DNA of 63,292 bases, the filler included, from Octopus bimaculoides (Eukaryota), in NCBI RefSeq assembly GCF_001194135.2. It is 4 parts of 4 records of this genome, joined end to end, with 100 filler letters (N's around TTAATTAATTAA, not from the genome) between each part and the next. Parts side by side here need not be neighbours in the genome. Positions count along the whole stretch, not along the records: positions 25,111 to 47,053 come from NC_068982.1; 3 more parts are not named here. One strand, 5' to 3'. Shown here piece by piece: positions 25,111-38,700 of this stretch. Every line of letters starts with the position of its first letter. Positions within the stretch are counted from its first letter, which is position 1. The position numbers and the translations under genes were made by a program. Below the pieces are notes generated by a model that made no database searches, had not been told where the DNA came from, and saw only the letters and a list, made by a program, of their open reading frames with translations.

Positions 25111-25932
25111 TGTATAAAATTTCATTGAAAGATATCTATTTTCCTGAAAGTTATGAGGAGAAAAAGTCGGATAGTGTGAATTTTCCGAAATTCTTCTCCC
25201 TAATCCCTCGAAAAAATTCTTTCCTGTAAATCTTATATTTTCTGAACTCACAGCATCTAAGTGGTATTTGTTGAACATTTCATTAAAAGTATCCATTTTT
25301 CTGGAAATTATGAGGCGAAAAAGTTGGGAGTGGGAGACGCATCTGTAGTTATGCCAGTTTTGTTCGTGTACTTGCTTGCGTACGTGCTTGTCTGTAGTTT
25401 AATACAGCCAAACCGGCGCATAATGGGAAAATATTTTGAAAGTAAAGTACCCTTGAAATGTGAATACAAACGGAATAAGACAATTTTCGCGTAAATGGAA
25501 CTACAGGTTCCCGAGATATGCGTTTTTTGGTGGGAGGGGGTACCTTCATAAATAGCCAAAACGGTGCCTAATAGGAAAATACTCCGAAAGTAACATAACC
25601 CTGAAATGGGAAAACTGTTTCCATTAATTTTATGTTTACGTTACACAACAATTCCTTTTGCATTTTTGTAGAAGTGTGTACATACACCATAAATAAACGC
25701 TGTTACTGGAGTTCAAGTTTATCGCGAAAGTGCTATTTCTATAAGATGCTGTAAATAATCAATAAAACCTTAAACATGAACTTGTAAACCAGACCTATGA
25801 TGACACGAACGAATTAAAATATTTAACTGAATCATAAAATTAACTTTCATTTCAATGCAATGTTGAAATCAGCTTCAGTGTTTTATAACCTGAACCGTCA
25901 GTGACCCAACGGGTCACGGGTAGTCTGGCTAA
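25111..25932 (+). mobile_element. Probable non-autonomous Helitron-like element carrying the 155-bp repeat
   Basis: Units shared with 15586-15960; 3' hairpin gtgaccc-aac-gggtcac followed shortly by ctaa(t), a near-CTAG terminus. Confidence 0.4.
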
Positions 25933-26443
25933 TAATAAATGTTTATAATTAAAGCTGCCTGATCAACGAATCAGCGACTCAATTTCGATTCCATTTAAAA
26001 CTATTTCATTTTATATATGCAATTGATGTCCTTGGAGAATCCTAATCTTACCCAACCACTATTTCATGTTACGTTTAACCGGATTATATGATGTCAATAC
26101 TTTTCTTAAAGCAATAGGAATGTTATGTGAAATTAATTATCTTCGACCTAAAATCGAAAACGTCATGCAAGTTGTTTCACCAGAGTCTCTACCACAACAC
26201 GTTATTACAGGATGTTTTAGTATTGTGTTCTGATAAATCTCAGTTTTTAAGGAAGAATCTATTATCTATTGAATCGAAGGCAAATAAATATGTAAGATTT
26301 GAACTCAGGAACGCGTAAATAAGGTATTTAACACGACAAGGTATCATTTCTGTCAAATCGGTTTCCATGCTAAACAAAAGCAATTAAACAAAAACAGAAA
26401 CAGCCCAAGAAAAGAGAAACAAGTGTTTGTGTTTCAAGAAATA

Positions 26444-26449
26444 TTTATT
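26444..26449 (-). terminator. Polyadenylation signal AATAAA of the FABP-like gene
   Basis: AATAAA about 54 nt after the stop codon, followed by a GT/T-rich downstream element. Confidence 0.65.
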
Positions 26450-26502
26450 TTAATTTGTATTTGATTTTGAAGGAAGGAATTGTAGCTGTTCTTAGTTGAT
26501 AT

Positions 26503-26559
26503 CTATGAAGCAACTTTTTTCATGATTATGGTGCTGGTAAGTCCTTTATAGTTCACTTT
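26503..26559 (-). CDS. FABP-like gene, terminal exon 4: KVNYKGLTSTIIMKKVAS*
   Basis: Acceptor tatgttattcctccattttAG, phase 0; YKGLTST resembles FABP4 MKGVTSTRVY; TAG stop followed by AATAAA and a T-rich downstream tract. Confidence 0.82.
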   Translation of the reverse strand, partial: KVNYKGLTSTIIMKKVAS

Positions 26560-26684
26560 CTAAAATGGAGGAATAACATATCAATTAGTAAATGGTAACA
26601 TTTTGTATGATATTGTAGAAAATAATCGATGAGAAAACAGAACTGAAATATACATTAAAAGTAGAGACAGCACAAGGACAGCAA

Positions 26685-26860
26685 TTTCGGGGGTAAATCG
26701 ATTACACCGACACCAGTGCTTGACTGGTACTTATTTTATCGACCCCGAAAAGATGAAAGACAACGTCGACCTCGGTGGAATTTAAACTTAGAACGCGGAT
26801 GAAATACCGCTAAGTATTTTGCCCGCTTTGCTAACGATTCTACCAGCTCGCTGCCTTGTT
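26685..26860 (-). mobile_element. tRNA-derived SINE (second family)
   Basis: Reverse strand ggcagcgagctggtagaatcgttagc A-box-like and gtttaaattcc B-box-like; homologous to 29940-30137. Confidence 0.7.
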
Positions 26861-27169
26861 AAGCGTAGAGATATTAATAAATATACAACTGGAATGTATT
26901 TACATATACGTACACATTAATATAGTTATTTCTGTTGAAGACTCGATCTGAGCATTGTTAAATAACGAAACGCACGTGAATTCTATACTGTGTGTATTTA
27001 GATAGCGGGTAGTATCTATAGAAAACCCGATAAACTATGCTAATGATGCTATTGACCATAGCTACAATGAAAGAAGACGAAATGCTGACCCTCTGCCCTC
27101 GATTGGTTGTACAATGCCCTGTTGAATCGGATATTTGTAGCTCTGACAGGCAGGAAAGAAGGTAATGAT

Positions 27170-27280
27170 GACTCACAAGGCTTTGGCTGGTCCGGAGCTA
27201 TTATAGAAAACACTTGCCCATAGTGACACGCAGTGGGCTGAACCCAGAACCATGTGACTGGGAAGCAAATTTCTTGTCAC
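27170..27280 (-). mobile_element. SINE 5' fragment (same family as 4990-5365)
   Basis: cacaaggctttggctgg..cacttgccc..gaaccatgtgactgggaagcaa. Confidence 0.65.
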
Positions 27281-28844
27281 GTAGATACGGCCCCCAAAAC
27301 ATATTGCTTCCGATACTAGATTGGTTCTTATTGACCGATGCAGGTTGAGAATCAAAATCTAAATCAAATTCTAAAATAATGTATTTAAATACTGCGAAGA
27401 GTCATGAGTCAAAAGTCTTGAGTCATGCCCGTGATTTTTAAGTCACAACATTCTGAGATCTCTAAAAACGGACGCAATATATTAACTTTCTGACGAAATA
27501 TAACATAAGGAACGAAAGGAAGAATGGATTCCAAACTAGCCAAATATATAATAGAGCAAAACAAAGTAGTTAAGCGTTAGCATCTTACCCAATTATTTGT
27601 CATGTCCATTATTACATTTAAGCGATAGTTTCTTTTAAGATACCTGCCAGGAACCAATGATCAAAGACATCTTACGCTTACGACTGATCTAGATTGACTG
27701 TAGGCTTACGAGCACTAGATCTGCTACCACATTGTTCTATGATGTATGATCTGAAGAGGGTATTATTTTGGCAAGGTTTCTGCAAGCCCGAATACTACTA
27801 ATGGCACATTGACCAAAACTTCAATTCTGCATTTATCAGTTATTATGCATAAAAATTATTCATTATATCACCCTAAATCTATCTATAACTTGGCTCGCAT
27901 AATAGGAATGTTCTCAATGTGTTCTCCGCAATGGTACAACCTTAACGGGTGAACAAATATGGCGTATTGGAACAGAGAAGATCATACAGTTTAGTAATTT
28001 GTCTCTAAGTAGCTTCCCTATGTCTCTCACCTTAATATAGTAATGTGGGTATTTAGTACCACCCCATATATTCGTGAAAAGCCAATTTATTCGGCTTTAA
28101 AGCTCATTTCTCGCCAAACAGATCGGTAAAGTATTGCTGAAAGACTGTATTTATCAGTTTAGAATTTCTTACCACGATCAAATTTCAGTCGACGTGAAAT
28201 CTACATTGTGAGTTTTTGGTTACTTTGTTCTATGAAATCTGTTTTACCGAGCGGTTTTCGTAAACTTGAGTTTTAGAGCTCACACTTTAGTATAAACATG
28301 CAACATTCATGTTAAGTGTTGAATAAACTTTCAAGAACCATTTCCGCTACCAGTATGTCGTTGTAATACTTTTTTTTCAAGCCTCAGTCTATGAACTTAT
28401 TCACTCTGTAATCTAGCGTTTTCTATCTGTAGTTCTTTATTAAAACTAAGCAATTCTAATTCAAGTCTTTGAATCTTCCTAGCCATTTATTGCTGATAAT
28501 GAATTCCATCAATTCCTGCTTCACGGATCTCCTAATCTAGCTATTGTAGTTCTTTTTTCGTGTCGGAAACGACAAATTCATTTTCTAGTAGTTGATCCCT
28601 GTTTAAAGTCATATTGTAGTTGTTTGTACAGATCATAAACTTTGCTCATGTATAATCCAAAACTTTATTAGACTTCTATCAGACAAGTAGAACAGGTTTA
28701 AGGGGGTTTTACGATCTTTTTGAATTGCTTCTGCTACATTTTTATATATTGGGAGAATCGTTTCCTCCGACATTACCTTCTGAGTTACAAGCCTGCCAAC
28801 TCGTTACCTTAACAACAACAACAACAGCAACAATAATAATAATA

Positions 28845-29670
28845 ATAAAAGCATGGAAGGAAAAGAAAATGTACGGTCAGTTTGTAAGAGATGTGGACAG
28901 CAAGACAGATACAGAAGGCCGGTGGCTATGGATGAGGAGGAGTGACCTAAAGATATGCGCAGCTCAGGACCAATTATATGAAGTGTAGAATAGACAACAC
29001 TACCGATAGCGACAAATGCAGAATGTGTGGTGAGAGGGGTGAAACGGTATGTCATATCGTTAGCGAATGCTCGAAATTGGCATAACGCGAATACAAAAGT
29101 CGCCATGACAATGTGGTAAGAATGATCCATTGGGGGCTCAGTGGAAATCACGGCTTACAAAGAGCAAAGACGTGGCATGAGCAAACTCCAAAAGGAGTCA
29201 CCGAAAATGAGAACTGCGAAATCCTGTGAGACGCAAGTATCCAGTGCGATCACCTGAATAGACATCGGAAACCGGATATTATTGTGGTGAATAAAAAAGA
29301 AAGAACATGTATGATAATCGACATAGCGTGCCCCGGTGACAACAGGATCAATGTGAAAGAAGAAAAAATAAACAACTATGACGATTTAAAGTGGGAAATA
29401 TGAAGGTTGTGGTCACTGAAGAGAGTAGACGTGATACCAATAGTAATTGGTGCACTTGGAAGTATCAGCTCTCAACTACAGCATGGCCGAAGAAGATCGG
29501 TGCAAGTGTAAAGGTAGAACACCTACAAAAATCAGCATTGCTTGGAACTACAAGAATTCTTCGCAGGGTTCTTGAAGCATGATCAGTAAACAAATGTCAC
29601 CTTAGTCTGCTGGTTGTGGACAGCTGACACTTTCCATCACACCCAGCAAAATAAGCTGTGAGTTTTCATA
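28845..29670 (+). mobile_element. R4/Dong-clade non-LTR retrotransposon 3' end (CCHC + restriction-like endonuclease) inserted in (TAA)n
   Basis: DKCRMCGERGETVCHIVSEC, RHDNV, KPDIIVVNKKERTCMIIDIACPGD, IPIVIGALG, LQKSALLGTTRILRRVL; flanked by TAA repeats on both sides. Confidence 0.88.
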
Positions 29671-29939
29671 TAATAATAATAATAATAATAATTAAAAAAC
29701 TGCACCATAGCCCATAAAAAAGGAGGGAATACAATGCCGGGAAGAGTTTGCACACCCCTAATAACAAAAAAGAACACACAATGCTGCAGACACCCCAGCA
29801 ACACGGAGGTGTAGCAGGTGATGCAGTAGAAATTGGCCTGAAATTACCAAATGTTGAATAGTAGTAGTAGTAGTAGTAGTAGTAATAATAATAATAATAA
29901 TAATAATATTAATAATGACAATAATTCTTTCTGCTGGAA

Positions 29940-30137
29940 GCAGAAGGCTTCAAATTTGGGGGAAGGGATTAAGTCGATTACATCGACCCCAGTGCGTAAC
30001 TGGTACTTATCTAATCGACCCTGAAAGGATGAAAGGCAAAGTCGACCCCTGCGGAATTTGAGCTCAGAACGTAGCGGCAGACGAAATACCGTTAAACTTT
30101 TCGCCCGGCGTGCTAACGATTCTGGCAGCTCACCGCC
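29940..30137 (-). mobile_element. tRNA-derived SINE (second family)
   Basis: Reverse strand aaggcggtgagctgccagaatcgttagc...gctcaaattccgc..gtcgactttgcc. Confidence 0.75.
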
Positions 30138-30510
<373 letters not shown>

Positions 30511-30996
30511 ACAACATCCATTCATGAATTTATTTATTTAATATTTTTTTTAAATACATATTTTACCTGTGAATTTGCGTGTGTAAACTGGGAATGCATA
30601 CAATGAGTTTCTCTGCCCTAGGTGTACGGAAAACACTCGGCGAGAAATGGAAGAAAATTTGAAGAAAGAAGGAAAAAAACAACATGATAATAATAATAAT
30701 GATGATGATTATGATCATGATGATCATGATGGTGATGATGATAATAATTATGATAATAATTTCTAACATAGGGACCATTCCATAAGGAGTACCTAACTGG
30801 TATTTTATTTAATCAATCCCGGAAATTTGAAAAGTAAACTTGGCCTCGATAGGTTTAGAGTTTATACGTAATGGGATTACGTAAGTCAGTAATGTTTAGA
30901 CACTGGACGATTATTTGCAGAGCAGTTTCATCGCCCTGTGCACATCTCGGATAGGTTCGGTTGCAGCTACTTTCATAATAGTAATAGTATACTCAC

Positions 30997-31107
30997 CCAT
31001 GTTATAGTATCACCGCCTGTTATATCGTACGTACAGTCAATAACATCATCAGTCCATTCAGTGCAGGTTTCGGTCAGATGGTTAGGATTAACCAATTTAA
31101 AAATGCT
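30997..31107 (-). CDS. FABP-like gene, exon 3: SIFKLVNPNHLTETCTEWTDDVIDCTYDITGGDTITW
   Basis: Acceptor tttttcttcatttgtttttgcatcAG, donor TGG|GTGAGT; 111 nt, phase 0-0; alternating beta-strand pattern; separated from exon 2 by a 169-nt intron. Confidence 0.88.
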
Positions 31108-31276
31108 CTGATGCAAAAACAAATGAAGAAAAAAAGGAGAAAAAATATAGATTAACAAGGCGCGCGAGAGAGAGAGAGAGAGAGAGAGAATGAATGTATT
31201 AGAGAGTAGCCATATTCCTACAGCTACGATGACGACAGCAAAATAATTCAAGAAAATACAATATAAAATGTATTAC

Positions 31277-31458
31277 CTTAAATTTTCGACCAAAAATATC
31301 AGTCGATTCCAGTGGCTCGTCAAGATCGAAAATGTAGGACTTTGTTAGTTGTGGATCGTCACAGCTATGGACCATAGAATACTTATCGCCACTTCGACTG
31401 ATTACGAAATTGTTAAGCATATTTATCATCAAGTCTTTCTCTTTATCGGAAACGCCGG
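31277..31458 (-). CDS. FABP-like gene, exon 2: (T)GVSDKEKDLMINMLNNFVISRSGDKYSMVHSCDDPQLTKSYIFDLDEPLESTDIFGRKFK
   Basis: Acceptor tatttcttctttatttcctaatttttAG, donor AAG|GTAATA; phase 1 to phase 0 as in FABP genes; F.LDEPLESTDIFGRKFK resembles FABP F.LGEEF.E.T.DGRK.K. Confidence 0.88.
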
Positions 31459-31719
31459 CTAAAAATTAGGAAATAAAGAAGAAATACTGTCTGGTTACTG
31501 TGAAAACTTTTTATTACATTGCAAATATAAGTGCTGTTTTGACTTTTTCGTGGAAAGGATAATTGTGTAACATTTATATCTTATTTGTGTTTTAATTAGG
31601 ATTCTTCTTTTTAAGCAGTTGTTTATGGAGGCGGATAAGCTAAATGACATGTCTTACTGAGAAGAGAACGTCCAAAACATCGATTCTATTCTCATCTCCG
31701 AAAAGGTTGTAATGTGAGA

Positions 31720-31796
<77 letters not shown>

Positions 31797-32659
31797 TTGA
31801 TATGTTATATACACCGATATGGTGTTTTTATTTAAATAGTTTAGTCTTAAGAGAAGTGCAGTGTCCCTGACCTTCGCAGATTCTCCTGGATCGGTGAGAT
31901 GAACGCGATCAATGTTACAAAATGATTCCAGTTGATGGTAACAGGAAAAATATGAACAAGGGCAGAATTTCAGAGGGTTGACTTTGTTTGGAAGGGATTG
32001 TTGCGGAGCTTAGATGATGAGTGATGAGCTAGATTCAATAAGAGTAACAAGAAAGAAAGAGTTCTATGGAAGTCAGGTGACCTTGTGTGGCGGTGGCGCG
32101 ATACTATTTCGGCAACAGCAGTTATTCTTGTACAAAACATCTACATTTTGCACATAGATTATAAACAGAATCTGTTATCTATTATGTCAAATGTATACAT
32201 TATAATTTGACAATATGCTATTTTATATTACTTGTATATTTTTCTATGTTAAACTTCTTTTTTATATATAGGCTTTACGTTTTGTTGCCTGACGATGTCT
32301 GCTGATCATTTATAGCCTTTTCTCATCTATCACATGACCATATCTGTAACCCAATATTCAGTTTCAACTTCAAAAGATAGAAAATACTCCCTCCACACAA
32401 TAAGTTTAGATTGTATCCAAAGCAAATACATTCGCTTCATAGCAAAGATTTGCTCGTCAAAAACACTACAACCAGTGATTCGTGGATATACTGTTCCTTC
32501 TCATTTTTCTCTATTTTCCTGTTACTACATCAATTTCTGTTCTTGACTAAGTGACTGCATATTCATCCATCCATCGAAGCAATTAAGACATACCCGTTTC
32601 TTTTTCTCTTGTCTTCCAAACCTTGCATGTGTGAGTGTGTGTGTTCTGTCTTGAACACT

Positions 32660-32875
32660 AGAACTCATCAGCAGGGATGCTCTGTTTACGTGGGGTATAA
32701 GTGACCGAGATCAGAACATTCCCCTTGAACAGAATGCCAATCCATCGCAGTGATACTCATCTACAGCTGAGTGGACTGTATTTTACTCTAAAACACAACG
32801 CACCGCGCGGTCCAGGAATCGAAACCATGATCTTACGACCGTGAATGAAACGCCCTAACCCCTAAGCCAGCAGCT
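32660..32875 (-). mobile_element. tRNA-derived SINE
   Basis: Reverse strand ggcttaggggttagggcg..tcacggtcgtaagatcatggtttcgattcctgg (A/B-box-like). Confidence 0.55.
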
Positions 32876-33899
32876 TTCCACACCATCCTTACTCTCTCCC
32901 ACTTTACCTAATCCTCTTGTCTCAGAAGTATTTACATCTAGAATAACCTCTTGCCGTTAACATTTTTCTCCATCAGTCATCAAACTGGACATCAACCATA
33001 TGCTTACCAGTTTGTTAAAGTCTATAGAGGTCTTGGAAATAATCTTCCTCTTTTCTTTAACTAATGAAAGAGATATTTATCAAAAAGTTGTTTTAAAATT
33101 GTCTGTGTTCTTGGAGAAATAATGAACGCAATCTCATTCATACGCCGAAAAAGAATTATATATATGTGGACAATAAAGATGAATAATTAATCTTTCTACC
33201 TCTTACTAATTATAATTTCAACTTGACTAAATATTTAGTTATGTTTTATTAATAGACCTTAGTTTATTGCAACGACACTTCAGCTAGATAGATAATTGCG
33301 GTGAACGATTTCCTGTTATTTTTGACCATGGAAACGGCATTCTTAAATAATATTTCTACTAAATATCTCTACAAAAATATAAAAACCTGCGTATATTCGA
33401 GTCTTTATGTAGTCGCTTCCTTGTAGAAATATCAACAAAACATCGAAAAAATAATCACATATTACTTTCTTTAAAATGGTGGTAAAGTAAGACTACATTC
33501 GATAATGTAGTGTTAGATACAAGGTGCATGAAACAATAGAAGGAACAATCCTGGTCAGAATGCTTTCAATCAAAGGTCTGTTTAGTCAGGGCCGACCATA
33601 AACGAAACAAAAATAACAACCATTGTAGCTACGAACCAACAGAGAGACATTATGTGGTCATTCGACCTGAAAGAAAAAAGACTCACTGGATTGCTCATTT
33701 CCAGATAGATTGTATTTTTTTAACGAAAAAAAAAAAAAAAAAGATCGGTACGGCTTTTGTGCCACCCCGTGGCACAAAATGTCCCTCCCTCGCCACTTAA
33801 ATTTAGGGTCAGAAATAGCTTATTGATCAAAGTCTCACAATTTTTTAAACATAATACCATCTTCCCTAATAGAACCTAAGAGATCAACGCGTAAAGGAT

Positions 33900-34215
33900 G
33901 CAAATAAATTCAAACAATAGTAGATTCCAAGGATGATATTGTGCAGGATATTAATGCTACTATCATTTAGCAGATACCAACCCAGTCCAGACAGTACAAG
34001 TCAGTTCATACCGTAGTTGATGTTAAGGATGCAACAAAATTTCTCAACTCTTTTCCTAGCAATCTCCAGCTGAAAGTAGGAGCAGCCAATATACTGTGAC
34101 GTAATTTGGCAGTCTATAATGATGCAAGACAAAAGATGCTTTCAGTCCACGTATTCCCTTCAACCCATCAGTTATGCCATTTCAGTTCAAGAGCCTTCAT
34201 TTTACAACACCTTTT
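33900..34215 (+). mobile_element. Helitron PIF1-like helicase fragment, internally deleted
   Basis: YKSVHTVVDVKDAT..PSNLQLKVGAA..RNL..PRIPFNPSVMPFQFK across frameshifts. Confidence 0.6.
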
Positions 34216-34767
34216 TCTTTTGTCTCAATAAGTGTCACAGTCCGTAAGGGTTGCTGGAGTTGAACAGAGCAACCCGTGTTCTTCTCATTATCAGCTCTCT
34301 ATAGCATACTCAGGTGTTCGGCTAAGCAGGCATTTCTTTTCATCAGAGTTTCAAATCCTAGAACAAGATATAGTCAACTCCAGAGCTCTGGCTGAATATA
34401 ACGCATTTGTGTGAAGGTTAATTCTGTTGTAAGTGTTGCCTAGCAATTTAAAATTGCAAGAAAATGTCTACAGTAAAAACAAAAAAAGATAGTATTTCCT
34501 AGTATCACAAACAATAAATCATCATTAATATCAGTTTCAAAAGCTTCACACATCATAGAAATCTGAGAAAAGTAAGCTTTAGATATGTATTTGCATTATA
34601 TTTGAAACATTCGATAAAATCAGAAATATAACTATCAGCTAAAAGATTGGAATTGAAAAGTAAGCGATATTCTAAATATGTTTAATGCCTTGTTAATGCT
34701 GGGAATATGCGTAACAGCACGCACATACATATATATGAATATATATGTACATATACATGTATAATGA

Positions 34768-35090
34768 AGGGGTATGGTATAATGGTTAGGGTATTCGGCT
34801 CATGATCATAAAGTCGTGAGTTCGATCCCCAGCGGCGCGTTGTCTCATTGAGTAAATCACTTTATTTTACGTTGCTCTTGTCCAATCATCTGGCAAAAAT
34901 GAGTTGTATCTGTATTTCAAAGGGCCAACCTTGTCACATTCTACGTCATACCGAATCTCCCTGAGAACAAGGTTAAATGTACGCGTGAATATAACGTGCT
35001 CAGTCACTTGCATGTTAATTTCAGGGGCAGGCTGTTTCATTGATCGGATCAACTGGAACAATCATCGTCGTGACCGACGGAGTGCCAATA
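34768..35090 (+). mobile_element. tRNA-derived SINE (third family)
   Basis: A-box tggtataatggttaggg, B-box gagttcgatccc, then a ttgtctcattgagtaaatcacttt CORE-like segment. Confidence 0.65.
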
Positions 35091-35703
35091 TTTTAAAAAT
35101 GTATGTATGCATGTATGTATATTTCAGTCTATTTACTTTCCAAGGCACTTGAAGTGAAATCTTGTGTTAAAACAGATGTTGCGTCTTGGGAGTGTCAATT
35201 TGCTAAGAAAAACACATTCAACGGGGCATGTGTTTTTATTGCCCATATGACTTTCCCAAGCTACACACATATATCTTATAATTAATACATGTGTGTGTGT
35301 GTCTGCGCGCGCGTATGCATGTGTGCGTGCGCGTATGTGTGTATATATATATATATTCTATATGTACACTCATTTTATCCTTTTATTGTCTTACTGGTTT
35401 CGGTTACAAACTGAAGCCGTCCTCGGTCTCTGCCCTCAGGGGTTTTAGTTGATCCAGTAGACTATTGTTTAGTGTTTATAATCTATTTTGCTAAATCGCA
35501 GAATAACTGAGATGTATGGAAATAAACACCAGAATCAAGCGATGTCTCGCAGAGGCAAGTTTTAGAGTGGAACAGACTAAAAATTACGAATACATACATA
35601 CATACATACATATACAAACACAAATACATATGTACATATAAATACTTACACACACACACATATGTGCATGTGCGTGCGTGTGTGTGTGTATATATATACA
35701 TAT

Positions 35704-35758
<55 letters not shown>

Positions 35759-35789
35759 TATATATATATATATAACTTTGATAGGTTTC

Positions 35790-38700
35790 GGCCAGTATAG
35801 GCCCAGGCCATGTCTAACTTTATAGCACCACCTGGTGACGTCTTTTAGTCATATATGGGGCACCATAGCCCACTCTGGCAAAGAGTTATTATTGTTGGAA
35901 ACATATCCGGGTGTAGGAGGTTGGTCCGGGATATTTTGAAAAAAATTTTCCAGTGAACATTTGAGTTTTATGGGATCCGTTTCCGTTTTGACGTATTTTG
36001 GTATGGTATTCAAGAAAGCCGGACCGGTTGAGGTAAAGTAATTGTGACGTAATGTTGCTATGTGTACCGAGTTCGATTTTTGTGGTAGACGGATAGCACG
36101 GGGGCCAAGTCTTGGATGGATTTTAAAATGGATGCCAACATCACTTGTGCAATATTGATGGAATATTTTCCACATAACATAAATGATGTAGCGCTCCCGG
36201 TGGTGTTAGAGAGAGTAGAGATTGAGTTTTTTTAGACGACCCCAATAATCAATGCCTCTCATGCCGTCCATCTTTCTTGTTATTGACCTCTGGAGTGCTT
36301 CTACTTACATAATGAATTGCTTCGTATGGGGGCCACAGTTGGCAACAGTATTCAAGGTGGGGTCGGGCAAAAGTAGAGTAGAGAAGGATGATGGTGTAGG
36401 CGTCTCTAGACCGGGAAGTTCTCAGAATCCAGGAGCATATCTTGCGGGCCAAGTCAACCTTGCTGTTTACGTGGGAACTCCAGCTTAGATTGTTATCAAC
36501 AATTACTCCAAGGTCTCTGGTATTGTTGGAGGACACTAGGGAGTCGCCCGAAGGAAGTGCATATGATAATTTCAGAGTTTTCTCTTTTCTAAAGTGGATC
36601 AAATCAAACTTATCTTCATTTAAAAGCATATTGTTTTTTTCCACCCATTAGACAATAGCAAACAGATCTGACTGAAGGAATGTTCGGTCTCCCATGCCGT
36701 TTATGGCTTTCTGAAGTTTGAAATCATCTGCAAAGATTTTCAATGTAGAATGTTTGATTACATCTACTATGTCATTGATGTAAATAATGAAGAAGAGTGG
36801 GCCCAACACAGTACCTTGTGGGACACCACTACTGACTTTAGCTAAGCTGGATCGTATTCCCTCAAACACAACATGTTGGGTTCTGTTTGTCAGGAAACAC
36901 TTTATCCACTGCAGCAGCTTTCCACGGACTCCAATGTTGGACAGTTTCTTCAGAAGGATTTTGTGGTTCACCCTGTCAAATGCCTTGCTGAAATCAAGGT
37001 ATATGATGTCAGTGTTGGAGCCCTCTCCCAAAGCTTTTAAGGTGTCATCAAAATGGTGCAGAAGCTGCGACAGGCAGTCCCTGCCATCACGGAAACCATG
37101 CTGGCTGGGGTTTAGCAGATTGTTGTCTTTGAGGAAGTGAGTTATTCGCGATCTCACCACCCTCTCAAATACTTTAATGATATGAGAAGTGACTGAAACC
37201 GGACGGTAGTTCACTGCGAGAGATTTGTTTCCCTTTTTGAAGACTGGAACGACAGCTAGAGGGGGTGCAATTTGATGTCGATGCATCTTCAGGACAGTGG
37301 CCGGGAACTTATCGGGACCTACTGCCGAGTTGTGCTTGATCTTATCTATTTCTGTTAGGATATCAGGAGCACCAAAAGTTATGTCGGATATGGTTAGTTG
37401 AGGGTTTACATCACTGATACTAGCCAGATCAACCGCATTAACGTTACTGAAGACAGAGCAGTATTGTCTCTGCAGTATCTCGTACATGGATTTTGCATCA
37501 TCATGTTGAGTATTGTTCTCATTAACCAGAGGACCAACAGTGGAAACAACGTCTTTATGATTTTTTGGCAAATTGTAAGAATATTTTGGGATTAAGTTTT
37601 ATCTTCTCAATGGTTCAACTCTCCTCAGCTGCTCTTTGACTGTTAATGATGGTCATCATTGTTTCTTTGGAGGTCGTGTTTTTTTCGATTCTAGTGATGC
37701 AATGGCAATCGAATGGGTGCGTTGGTTGATTTTCTTGTTAATTCTTTTTATTTTTCTGATAATTGTTCTTCTATTTCTCGGGGTTCTGCACTTAAATTTG
37801 TATACTGATCTTAATGGAGTATGTTTTGCGCATATATTTGTCACAGTATCTACAAATGTCTGCTATGATGCGTTTATGTTGGAAGGGGTGTGTGCGTGCG
37901 TGAAGGCCCAATCAACTTGTGAAAGATCATGACTGATCGTATCCCAGTCTGCGTTATGAAGATCCATAGTCTCAAATGGATGGACTGGAAGGATGTCACT
38001 GGATTTGATCTTTGGGTGGTAGAATCGCAGATCACAGAGAACCATGTTATGGTCTGAGAGTAGTGGTGTTTTTTCCACTGCAGTATTGAAGATAGTATCA
38101 GTGTGGTTACTGAACACTAGGTCCAAGATGTTTTTGTGACACCTTGTTGGTTCCTGAACAAGTTGGGTCAGGAAAAACTCATCCATGAAATCAAAAAGCA
38201 ACTCGATTGCTTCCTTATCAGGAGTTGAGGTGGAAAAACCTGGTGGGGATAGCCTTGTGTGATGGCTAGAATGTTCTTTTGTAGCTCTTTTGCCAGATTC
38301 ATTATGGCTAAAAAGNNNNNNNNNNNNNNNNNNNNNNNNNNNNNNNNNNNNNNNNNNNNNNNNNNNNNNNNNNNNNNNNNNNNNNNNNNNNNNNNNNNNN
38401 NNNNNNNNNNNNNNNNNNNNNNNNNNNNNNNCTTGTGTGATGGCTAGAATGTTCTTTTGTAGCTCTTTTGCCAGATTCATTATGGCTAAAAAGGAATTCT
38501 GTTTGGAGACCTGGAAATGTTTGTGGTTGTGGGTTTTGTATTGGCTAGGGGTCCCGTTTATATTTTTATTTGTGCGACGACTCCCCGGGAGATGGGTAAA
38601 TGGACAATTATGCTGTAGATATAATCTGTTACGCTGGAAATAGCGGCAGGCTCTAGGGTTCCGTGTAGCATAAGTGTTTTTTTTTCAAATCTGATTTAGT

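Noticed and set aside
27800-28700. Minus-strand coiled-coil-like decayed coding signal
   Set aside because: Many stops and no identifiable motif; cannot be supported
31651-31690. ctgagaagagaacgtccaaaacatcgat hammerhead-like string (also ctgatga at 62263)
   Set aside because: Core and stems too degenerate; no stem I and no second copy
32588-34400. Alternative exon-1 candidates for the FABP-like gene (donors near 32592, 33008 and 34318)
   Set aside because: No GTWK motif or suitable start context; the 45433-45505 exon fits far better
35778-35812. GGCC-tatact-GGCC-GAAAC hairpin at the CR1 3' end, resembling half a hammerhead
   Set aside because: No CUGANGA core upstream; more simply the LINE 3' stem-loop
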